A DNA stretch of 63,956 bases, filler included, from Welwitschia mirabilis (taxonomy: Eukaryota), in assembly GCA_051453625.1 (NCBI GenBank). It is 6 parts of one record of this genome, joined end to end, with 100 filler letters (N's around TTAATTAATTAA, not from the genome) between each part and the next. Parts side by side here need not be neighbours in the genome. Positions count along the whole stretch, not along the records: positions 1 to 14,817 come from JBOZIK010000001.1; 5 more parts are not named here. One strand, 5' to 3'. Positions 1 to 11,135 of the stretch are shown here, piece after piece. The notes below the pieces were generated by a model. The model did not search any database. It worked only from the letters and a program-made list of their open reading frames with translations, and was not told the DNA's origin. Made by a program: the position numbers and the translations under genes. Within the stretch, counting starts at the first letter, position 1; each line of letters starts with the position of its first letter.

Positions 1-3000
1 GAGGAAAGTGCAACCACTATCAGAGGAGTAAGGATCTACATAGCATGATCAACTAACCTCCTAGTGTAGTTTCTACAATTACCATATTACACTACCAAAG
101 GCCTCTTTGAGGAAAATTTACCCTACTACACTTATGGTAGGACGTCATGATGATCATATTTTTAGCTTACATATGAAAGATCATGGTGTATATACATATA
201 TAATTCAACATGACCAAATACTCATAAGATAAAAGTGAAGTAATGAGATGAGAAACATTAAAAACATGTAAAAACAACTAATTACTCAAACCATTAAAAG
301 AGAAGAAAAGAACTAAGGCATCTTCCTTTTGAATGGATTTCATAGATATACAAATGTCTTAAGACTGGGTGAATTCAATCTTATCATATTAAAATACCCA
401 AGTAAAATATTACTAATCATGGTAATTTTATAAAGTAATACATAAGGCAAGTTAAAAATATTTAAGTGATAGCATGATGTCTATCCAAGGAAAAAGTTAA
501 AAAGGAATTTAAATAATGGTAAAAGGAAAGTACTTCTCATTAATATGGGCTTCTAAGACAAGTGCTTCTGTCATGTTCAAGGTTTCATTAGTAGATGATT
601 TGCAAATTTTTAACCTTTGTCCATTAACTTTTTGAATTTTTCTAGTATTTAAATAAAAGGTTTTAACTAAGCCATTATAATAAAATTTTTCTATAAGATA
701 AAGACCTAACCATTTAGAGGCTAACTTATTATGTAAAAGGTATACTCAAGTATTATATAAAAGGACAAGTTAACTAGGTTTAGAGTTCTTATAGAGAATT
801 ATTTTGTCATGTTTTAACTTAGCTTGGGTTTATGAATGAGTTGATAATGTATGACATGAGTACTCTTTTCATTTAAATGATCAAGTTGATCTAATTAATT
901 TTTAAGATTTTTATCCAAGTTTATAAGGTTAAGTTCATGGGTGGATCAATAGGAATTATAGCAAACATCAACTGACAAGACATAAACTTTTCTATATACA
1001 AGTTCATATGGTGAGAAACCTAAAGAATTGTAATAAGTAGTACAGTAAGCTAAAAGGACATCATTAATCTTAGAGAACCAAGTTTTCGTAATGATAGAGA
1101 CTAATTTTTAAAGCATTTTTTTAATTTCTCTATTCACATTTTTAGCTTGGCTATTATTTTGAGGATATTAAGCATATGTAATTCTATGTTTAATGCTAAA
1201 AGAAGTTTCTAAAAAAGGTGATTAACAAAATGAGTTCCTTGATCACTAATGATGATTTGTGAAAAATCAAAACCTTGAAAGATATGATTTCAAACAAAAT
1301 TTTAAATGGTTTGGGTATCATTCTTATGGTGAAACAACTTTGAATCACTTAGTAACATAATCAAAAATCATGAGGATGTAATTTTTTATTGTGAAAAGGT
1401 GGTTTAATAGGGCCTATAAATTTAATCTTTCAATAATCAAAAGGTTCACATTCAAGCATAGGTTTAATGGAAATATATTAAGAATGAGTTAGGCTACTAT
1501 GAGATTGACAAGCATTACACCTTCTAGCAGAGTCAAATGAGTCTTGCAAAGGGTACACCAATAAAAATAAGAGTAAATAATTTTTACTATAGTCTTTTGG
1601 ACACTAAAAGATCACCTACATACTCCACTATGACAAAGGTTAAGGATTTCTAAGATTTCCCATTCAAGCACACATTTATGCATGATTTTCTCTTTACATC
1701 TTCTATAAAGATGGGACTCATTCTACTCATAATCACCAATTCTATGAAAAAAATATTTTCATTAGTTATGATTTTAATGCTAATGTGTTTTCATAGTAAT
1801 ATGATAGTTCACAATATTAGCATAGAAGGAATCAAAATGAGTGAAAGAAATAGCATAAACTTATTCAATAGAAAAGATTCATTCATATGGGAAGGAGTCA
1901 TTTATGGGAAGTTCATCATGAGAATAAGAATGTTGAGATAGATAATTTTTAATGCTATTATGTTTTTTAGCCCTATTAATAATGGTGATATTAAATTTTT
2001 ACATAAGAAGGATCTACTTAATAAGTTTGGAACTAGAATCTNNNNNNNNNNNNNNNNNNNNNNNNNNNNNNNNNNNNNNNNNNNNNNNNNNNNNNNNNNN
2101 NNNNNNNNNNNNNNNNNNNNNNNNNNNNNNNNNNNNNNNNNNNNNNNNNNNNNNNNNNNNNNNNNNNNNNNNNNNNNNNNNNNNNNNNNNNNNNNNNNNN
2201 NNNNNNNNNNNNNNNNNNNNNNNNNNNNNNNNNNNNNNNNNNNNNNNNNNNNNNNNNNNNNNNNNNNNNNNNNNNNNNNNNNNNNNNNNNNNNNNNNNNN
2301 NNNNNNNNNNNNNNNNNNNNNNNNNNNNNNNNNNNNNNNNNNNNNNNNNNNNNNNNNNNNNNNNNNNNNNNNNNNNNNNNNNNNNNNNNNNNNNNNNNNN
2401 NNNNNNNNNNNNNNNNNNNNNNNNNNNNNNNNNNNNNNNNNNNNNNNNNNNNNNNNNNNNNNNNNNNNNNNNNNNNNNNNNNNNNNNNNNNNNNNNNNNN
2501 NNNNNNNNNNNNNNNNNNNNNNNNNNNNNNNNNNNNNNNNNNNNNNNNNNNNNNNNNNNNNNNNNNNNNNNNNNNNNNNNNNNNNNNNNNNNNNNNNNNN
2601 NNNNNNNNNNNNNNNNNNNNNNNNNNNNNNNNNNNNNNNNNNNNNNNNNNNNNNNNNNNNNNNNNNNNNNNNNNNNNNNNNNNNNNNNNNNNNNNNNNNN
2701 NNNNNNNNNNNNNNNNNNNNNNNNNNNNNNNNNNNNNNNNNNNNNNNNNNNNNNNNNNNNNNNNNNNNNNNNNNNNNNNNNNNNNNNNNNNNNNNNNNNN
2801 NNNNNNNNNNNNNNNNNNNNNNNNNNNNNNNNNNNNNAATTGAGACCCATAACAATAGGTTTAGAAGAGATGTTTTTCTAAGTGTATTAAATACAAGTTG
2901 ACATGAATTAGTCCAAAAAAATTTAGCATCATTTTCAAGTAATAAGTGAAGGATCTTACAAACCTTAGCATAATCATGAATAAAATAATGATAAAAATCA

Positions 3001-5458
3001 ACATGACCAAGGAATGATCTAACTTATTTAAGATTGGTTGAAGGGCTAAGGTTTTTAATGATATCAACTTTTATAGAGTTCATCTTAATCCATTCCTTCA
3101 AAATGTGGTGATCTAAATTAAATTCCATGTTTAACAAAGAGAAAACTCTTTTTTCAACTCAAATGTAGGCCACTTTCTATACATTAATCTAAGACTTTCT
3201 CTAATCTTTCTATGGTTTATTAAAAGGTTTTACTAAAGATGAAGAAGTAATCCATAAATATTTCAATAAAATCCTTTATCATGTTGAAAAATATCCCTAT
3301 CATTACTTATTGAAAATTTCCAAGGGCATTGCAAAGTATAAAAGGCATTCATCTAAAGGCAAAGATCGCAAAGTGTAAGGTAAAGGTTCTTTTAACTTTG
3401 TCTTCACTTGGTAGGTAAACTTGATTGTAGCCATTATAGCCATCAATAAACTAATAGTAGGCATGACCTTAGATTTTACCAAGTACTTGATTAAAAAAGG
3501 GTAAAGGATAATGATCCTTTTTAGTGACCTTATTAAGTTTTCTAAAATTAATGCATATTCTTCATTTTCCATACTTTTTTAGAACTACTATCGAAGGGCT
3601 AACTCAATTACTATTGGATGTAGCATATGTGATCTTTACATTCATAAATTTAATAATTTCATCTTTAACTACTTGCTTAAGGGTTGGGTTTAGCCTTCTT
3701 TAAGATTACCTAATAGGTTTAGCATTATCCTCAAGGTAAAATTTGTATTGACCTATAGAAAGAGGGATGGCAACTAAGTTTTTATGGGTCTAAACAAAGG
3801 CATCTTCTTTAGAAGTTAAGAGTGAGATTAAATTAGATTCTTATTGAGGAGTAAGAAGGTCACTTATTATTAGGAGTTACTTTAGATTATTGGATAGAAA
3901 AATGTATTTCAAACCTTTAGGCAATTACTTAAGTTCTAAGTTGGAATTTTCAATTGTCTATCTATCTATAATGGGGATGATAGATGTGTAATGACACTCT
4001 TCAAAAAGGTTTTTTAATAAGTAAGCATTTTTTGTTTTCTTCCATTTGATGTATTCTTCATTCTTAGGCTTAAGATAGTGTATTTTAGTAAGGTCATCAT
4101 ACAAAGTTAGTTCATGTAGCATTATCAATCTCTCCTTAATTAAACGATGTTGTAGAAACAAGGTTGGTTTAATTTCTTCTTCTACATAAACTTATATCTT
4201 GTTTTCTTTTTAGCATCATAAAAAATGCAAATGCTAAAATTCTTATTAACTATATTACATTTCATCATCCCAATCCGTGTATCAATGATAAAGTGGGAAG
4301 TTACACAAAAGGGTCTACCTAAAAGTAGTGATAATCTCCATCATAATCAACCTTAATGACTACATCTATGAGGTAAAAAGCTTTCTCTATTTGGATGACT
4401 AGGTCCTTGATAATTCCTAAGGGTTTTCTAATTAAAGTATTAGCCAATATCAAGATAATTCATATAGGTTCTATTATGTTTTTAACCCAAGTCTTTTACA
4501 TATGTGAAGAGACATGATGTTTATACTAGCTCCTATGTCCATTAAAACTTTTTAAATTCTTTTATTTCCTTTAAAAGTGATACCTACTATTATTTCCCCA
4601 GGGTCTTTGAATTTAAGACACTTTTTCATGACTAAGTTGGAAGTAGATTGAGTAAGAAAAACTCTACTAGGAATTGTATGTTTTTTTTCCTTCTTACTAG
4701 GTCTTTTCACAACTTAGAATATTTAGGATTTTCTTGCAATAATTTCCAAAAAAGTAAGTTGATTTTTACCTCTTGCATCAAGGTCTTCAAGTGTTCATCA
4801 AAGGTAGGATTCTTATTTAACAAGTTAAGCCAAAGAGTAGATGCTTCCTTTCCTTTGTTTTCTTATGAATAGTTTTTAGTGGAGGTTTTAGCATGTGATG
4901 TTGATGGGAAGTTATGTGAGTCCAAAATTTCTTCATCATATATTTCATTACATTTTTTATTATTTTTGGAAGTTGAAACCTCATGGATGGAAGGTGTTGT
5001 TTGCACTTCTTATTATTACCTTCAAATCTCTCTTGACTTCATTTGTGTTAGATAAAGATTGAGATGTAAGGAACCTTTGTGGTTTTTGATTGCTAAGCAT
5101 TGTTTGTTGAAGCACATTCACTAAGTTTTCAATATTATTATTTGTGTTTTCTTCCACTTTTTTTCAATTCCTCTATAGACTCTATGAGTGGATCATTTCG
5201 ATTTGGTTAAAAATTGAGGTTATTTGATTAAAAGTTTGAATTCCTAAATCTATTCTTAAAAGGTTTCCATTGTAATTATCCACCTAACCTTTGTTGAAAT
5301 TGTGATTGAATTTTAAAGTTAGGTGTTCTTTAATTGAATGCAAAAACTTCGTCAAACATTCTCTCTTTATAAGTTGGTAATAAGGAATACTCTTTAATTG
5401 GATAAACATTGTCTTCACAAATATCATAAGTTAAAGTTGTGTTTTTATCTTTTATTAC
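1..5458 (-). mobile_element. Athila-like Ty3/gypsy element A, 3' part (gag C-terminus, PR, RT, RH partly in gap, INT, 3' non-coding region), degenerate
   Basis: The minus strand encodes the integrase end KVNGQRLK (~610-635), an RT-like EIFMDYFS (3241-3264) and a protease-like region (~4500-4560). Bases 1-150 are homologous to the post-integrase region at 42805-42900 (+) and 48226-48390. Many stops. Confidence 0.85.
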
Positions 5459-5544
5459 TGTTGTGATGTCAAATTAAATTATTTTGGATGAGAGTTGCCT
5501 TCACAAATATCATAAGTTGAAGTTGTGTTTTTATATTTTACTAC

Positions 5545-6627
5545 TATTTTAAAGCTAAATTAACCTATTTAATACACTTTTGAAGTACATTTTTAGGTCT
5601 TATTAACAGGTTTTTCCAGATATTTATACAAATTATATAAAGCTTCCATATAGGCCAAAAAATGCAATAATTTTTAACATAAGAAGCCATTTTTAGATAA
5701 TGATAAACTAGAGAAATGCAATGAAGATATATTGATCATTCTTCATGTCATAGGGATGAAAAATGGAATGATAATTAAAAAAGTATGATTGTCCTCTAAT
5801 GTTGTGGAAACAATTATTAGATGATAGTCAGCATTTTCGACATGTGCTAAGAATTAGTTCACAGATGGGATGTCGTCCTCTTTGTCATGGAGAAAACACA
5901 ATGAATGATGGTTAAAATAATTTGTAAATTTAATTAAATTGTTATGAAATGGTGAATCTAACTCATACCTCTTTATTTCACATCTTTTAGCAACCTATGC
6001 CAACCTATAGATAGATCCTTTTAGACCATATTCAAAATCATCTTTTATCATCTACATTCTTGTGATGATTGGAGATTATTAGAGGCAAGGAGAGTTATCC
6101 TACTTATTGGAAGGATCATCTTGATGTTAGACAATGAATTTTCCATTAAGGAGTTATTCTCGTAAGTGGATGTAACTCAATTTCATTAATAAAAGTATTG
6201 ATTAAATTGAAATCTTTTCAAATGTTTTAATATTCCTCCTTATAGCTTATCTTAACTATAATTTAAGTGATATGAATTTGTAATTAAAATACATTATAAA
6301 AACCAATTTAAGTGATAGAATATTGGAAGTTTAATTAATTCATTGCATTAGCATTACATTCATTATGTTGCATTTCATTTTATTATATTACATTGCATTC
6401 CATCCTATTTCATTTCCTTTAAAGAAAAATTTCAAAGTATATTTCTCTTTATGAAGGCAATTTTTCATATTCTCTTTTAGAAGTCTTCTCTAAGTGTACA
6501 AAATTTGGGTTAATCCCACTGTACAAATGTGTATTGTATGCAATTTAATTATTAACTTTTTGAATGTTATAAGTTAAACTAGATCTTTAGAATATTGGAA
6601 TTATAAGTACAAATACGCATTGCAACA
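5545..6627 (+). repeat. 5' LTR of Athila-like element B1
   Basis: The start resembles the LTR starts at 23573 and 46259. It ends ...TGCAACA directly before a PBS. Confidence 0.7.
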
Positions 6628-6648
6628 GTTTAGCACCATTGCTGGGAA
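6628..6648 (+). promoter_or_regulatory. Primer-binding site, decayed tRNA-Asp type
   Basis: TTTAGCACCATTGCTGGGAA matches the Athila consensus TTTGGCGCCGTTGCCGGGGA, differing only by transitions. Equivalent sites lie at 8090-8110, 16335-16355 (-), 24843-24862 and 30875-30895. Confidence 0.8.
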
Positions 6649-7890
6649 AGACTTCAACAGAAAAAAAGATTGTCATTACTCAAGTAAGTATTTTGAATTC
6701 ATTTAAATTTGTTTATTTGAGTAGTATTTTATTTTATCCTCCTGGATCTTCTTACAATTACTTGATTACCTTTTAGTCTGTAAGTAATTATTTGATTATC
6801 CATTTAAAGTATACTTTGATTTCCTTTCTTGTAAATTGTAGTTTTTATTTTTTGCAATTTTTCCTTCTTTACTTTCAAGTGTAATTTTAATTTAAATGAT
6901 TTATATTTCAATTCAACAATTTNNNNNNNNNNNNNNNNNNNNNNNNNNNNNNNNNNNNNNNNNNNNNNNNNNNNNNNNNNNNNNNNNNNNNNNNNNNNNN
7001 NNNNNNNNNNNNNNNNNNNNNNTTTCAATTCAATAATTTATTAGATCTACCCCTCACACTTTATGTGATCTTGGGAATTACAACATTGATTATTATTTGA
7101 AACAAACTTGACCTACACTTTGTGCTTCATATGATCTAAGTGATTACCACATTCATTTGGTATATTCTACTCCTTACACCTTTGATTGATCTTGGAGATT
7201 GATTCCACTTGAATGTAAAGAAGTTTGTTTAACATAAATTGATCTTATAGGATAATAGTAAATAGCAACAAAGGCAAATACACTTATGAAATGCATTTCC
7301 TTGACAAAAGACTTTAATTCAAGAACTCAAGGTGAGAAAGAAAAATTTAATTCTTTAATTGATTAAGATGATTATTATACATTTATTATTTCTTATTTGC
7401 ATACTTCTAAGTCTTTGAAAATTTATAAAAATCAACCAAGTTCTACTAAAAATCCTGCCTCTTCTCTTTTACCTAATCATTCTAATACTCTTACCTCTAT
7501 GGCATCCAACAAATATTCTAATTTAAATGTCACTTTAAAGAATATGTTAGCCAACAAAAAGAGGGAACCTTACAACCCATTTGACCTATTTTCTAGAGAT
7601 GATGTAGAGTTTAAAAAACTTGAATGCCTATCCTACCTTTTCTAAAGAATGTAATGAAGACCCATTCCAACACATAGCTTATATTGAACAATTCATGCTT
7701 ACTTCAAGAAATGGAAAAAATAAAATTTCAAATAGGACCTACATAATAATCTTTTCATTTACCTTAAAAGGAAATGTAAAAAACTAGCTTAAAACCATTT
7801 CACATAGAAGGATTAAGTTATGGAATCATGTACAAGAAGTCTTTATCAAATGATTCATGAATGAGACAATCATAAAGGTAAGAAAAAAAG
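6649..7890 (+). pseudogene. Element B1 leader and gag N-terminal remnant, cut by a gap
   Basis: ORF 7397-7645 (NPFDL..DDVE.K.L) continues into EDPFQHIA-like and FPFTLKG.AK.WL-like gypsy gag motifs interrupted by stops. Confidence 0.75.
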
Positions 7891-10169
7891 NNNNNNNNNN
7901 NNNNNNNNNNNNNNNNNNNNNNNNNNNNNNNNNNNNNNNNNNNNNNNNNNNNNNNNNNNNNNNNNNNNNNNNNNNNNNNNNNNNNNNNNNGTGTATTGTG
8001 TGTAATTAGATTATTAGCTTTTCAGATATTGCAAGTTAAATTAGATCTTTAGAATATTGGAATTAGAGGTATAAATATGTATTAGAACATTTTGGCATCA
8101 TTACTAGGAAATACTTTAAGAGAAAAAGAAAGATTATCATTACTCAAGTAAGTATCTTAAATTTATTTTAATTTGTTTTTTGAGTAGTGTTGTATTTTAT
8201 TCTTTAAGATCTAATTGTAATTGATTGATTTCCTTTTGGTATACAAGTAATTGTTTGATTATCCATTTGAAGTGTACTTTAATTTTTTTCTTGTAAATTG
8301 TAATTTTTATTTCTTATAATTTTCTTTTCTTTACTTTCAAGTTTAATTTTAATTTAAAGGATTTATATTTTAATTTAGCAATGTATTAGGTCTACCCCTT
8401 GCACTTTGTGTGATCTTGGGAATTACCACATTGACTATTATTTGCAGTAAACTTATCCTATACTTTACGATTTATGTGATTTAAGTAATTGCCAAATTCA
8501 TTTGGTAAATCCTACACCTTACACCTTTTATAGAGATTGATGCAACTTGAATGTAAAGAAGTTTGTTTAACATAAATTGATCTTATATGGTAATGATAAA
8601 TAGTAGCAAAGTCAAATACACTCATGAAAAACATTTTATTGATGAAGCAATAAAATAGGATTTGGTGGACTTTAATTTAAGAACTTAAGGTAAGAAAGAA
8701 AAATTTAAATCTTTAATTAAGTAAGACAACTATTCTACATTTACTATTTCTTGTTCTCATACTCCTAAATCTTTGAAAATTTCTGAAAATTAACCAAGTT
8801 CTATTAAATATCCCACCTCTTCTTTTTTTCCTAATCATCCTAATACTCTTACCTCTATGAAATATAACAAATATTCACTTAAAATATTAAGATCCTCTAA
8901 TTTAACTGTCACTTTAAAGGATATGTTAGCCAAAAAAAAGAGGAAACTTTAAAATCCATTTGACCTACCCCTTAGAGATGACATAGAGTTAAAGAACTTG
9001 AATTCCTATTCTACCTTCTCTGAAGAACCTAATGAAGACCCATTCCAATACATAACTGATATTGAACAACTCATCCTTACTTTAGAAAATGAAAAAAATG
9101 AAAATTTAGATAGACTTACATGATAATATTTCCATTTACCTTAAAATGAAAAGCAAGAAACTAGCTTAAAACCATTTCACATAGAAGTCTAAGTCATGAA
9201 AGCATGTACAAAAAGTTTTTATCAAATAGTTTATGAATGAGGTAGTTATGAGAATAAGAAGAAAGTAAGTAATAAATATTTAATAATACCCTCACAAAGA
9301 TTATTCCTCAACATATAAAAGATTCTTGATTACTGTGTCATTCAATCTAGTAAATGAGTTTGAAAAATAAGAACTTATTAATCACTTCTATAGTTAATTA
9401 AATGATCAAACTAGATAAATGATATACTTTTCGTGTGATGGAGATTTATCAATTTAACCTTAGACAATGCTTGAAATTTGTTAGAAGACCTTAGAGAAAT
9501 AAGTTAAAACTGGTCATAAACTACATTTCAAGACACTAGAACTGTAGGTGAAATGCTTACAGACTTAAAAAAAGTGCAACATGAAGAAGAAGAAAAAAAA
9601 TCAAAGCTTAACACCCTACTTAGTGATCTTACTAATACATTAGAAAGTTAAACAAAAGATTTAATTAATGCAAAATTGCTAAATCAACTCAATCATTGTG
9701 AAATACATGATGAAAACTATTACTCTACTAAGGCATACCCAGCTTTACCAACTTGTAGAGAGGACATATTCAATAAAGTTTATGAATTCAATCAAAGATC
9801 AAATAACTTTAAAGATAACCAACAATATCCATCAAGAAATAATAACCTTCTACAGTTACAAAGCACACAGAAGCATAACAGGAGGGAGAATGAAGTTTGA
9901 AGAATGGAGTTTGAAGATTATCATGAAAGTGCAACTCAAGGATTTCATTATTGAATGCAAATAAATAATCAACTTATAGACTAACAATAGATCCACAATA
10001 TGTGGATCGAATCCCCAAATAATATGAGCTAATAAAGAAATCAAACTAAAGATAATTATTGATCTTTTATATAGGAGCATATCCATTGTATCCTATTTTT
10101 AAGATAGACCCCAACAAACCCCCCCTTAATGTCACGTCTAGAACATATGAAGTATTGATGTTACATAAG

Positions 10170-10330
10170 TGTATGGGACAAACCAAAAAAAACATAATTA
10201 GGACACACCTAATACATATATGGGACATATTTAAAACCATAAATGGGATACACCTAGATCATAGATGGGATACACTCAAACACATCTGTGGAATACACTC
10301 AAAATCATAAATGGGACATACCCAAATGGA
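10170..10330. repeat. Degenerate ~21-bp tandem array (core ATGGGACACAC) next to the PPT of element C
   Basis: Recurring atgggaca/atgggata...cac(c/t)(c/a)aa...cataa units. Confidence 0.7.
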
Positions 10331-10339
10331 TTAAAATCC

Positions 10340-11135
10340 TCCAACAATTTCTTCTGTAAATTCTTCATCTCTTGAATCTTCTAGCGGAGATGAGGCTTTT
10401 ATAATTTGCGATCATGTTTTCAACTTACCACTGATTAAATATTTAGCACTTTGAATACAATCCTTAGACATATGTCCTCATTATTGCAATAGAAACATTT
10501 CACACATTCCTTATTAGTGTACTTCTCTCTACTTTGAAATTTTTATCTTTGAGAAACTACAGCTCATTAAGAAGATCCTTGTTCTTGCATTTTCCTATAT
10601 TCTTTCATAATTGTTGAGCTTGTGTTTTCTAATGTGCATGGTATCTCTTTAATGTGAAAATGATATGAGAATATCTAGATGAAAGACTACTAAGAAGAAT
10701 GGATTTGGCATAATCATCAATCTTTGAATTTACAGTAATAATTTAGACTAGAAGAGATTTGAATTGATTTATATGTTGATTCATATCTTATAAATCATTC
10801 ATTCTCAAGCTATACAATTAATTTTTTCATTCCTATTTAGCTTCATTTTCACTTGAACCAAATAATTTGCATAGGTCATTCCATACTTCCTTTGATGTCT
10901 TGCTCAGATTAATGTAATGAAGATAATTATCCTTAAGGCTAAGCCCAATAAGAGAAAGGGCTTCTTGATCATCTTCTTCCCATTTGTTAATCTTATCAGG
11001 ATATTTTAGCTTTGATACTTTACCACTAGTAAATTTCCACACACCTTTGTTAATTAATAATAATTGTATTTTGATTTGCCATGTATGGAAATTCTTTCCA
11101 TTAAATTTTTCAATATTCTTTTTCATTTCACTCAA
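10340..11135 (-). pseudogene. gag: Copia-type gag remnant (N-terminal domain, UBN2-like region, CCHC zinc knuckle)
   Basis: ORF 10833-11135 reads KFNGKNFHTWQIKIQLLLINKGVW...DQEALSLIGLSLKD...SKEVWNDLCKLF. Downstream are ILLSSLSSRY and VKCFYCNN.GHMSKDC (~10455-10503). Confidence 0.85.

Noticed and set aside
1902..2901. Long ORFs in the ORF track (also near 39259, 40731, 54021, 55085)
   Set aside because: They are open only because they run through N gaps.
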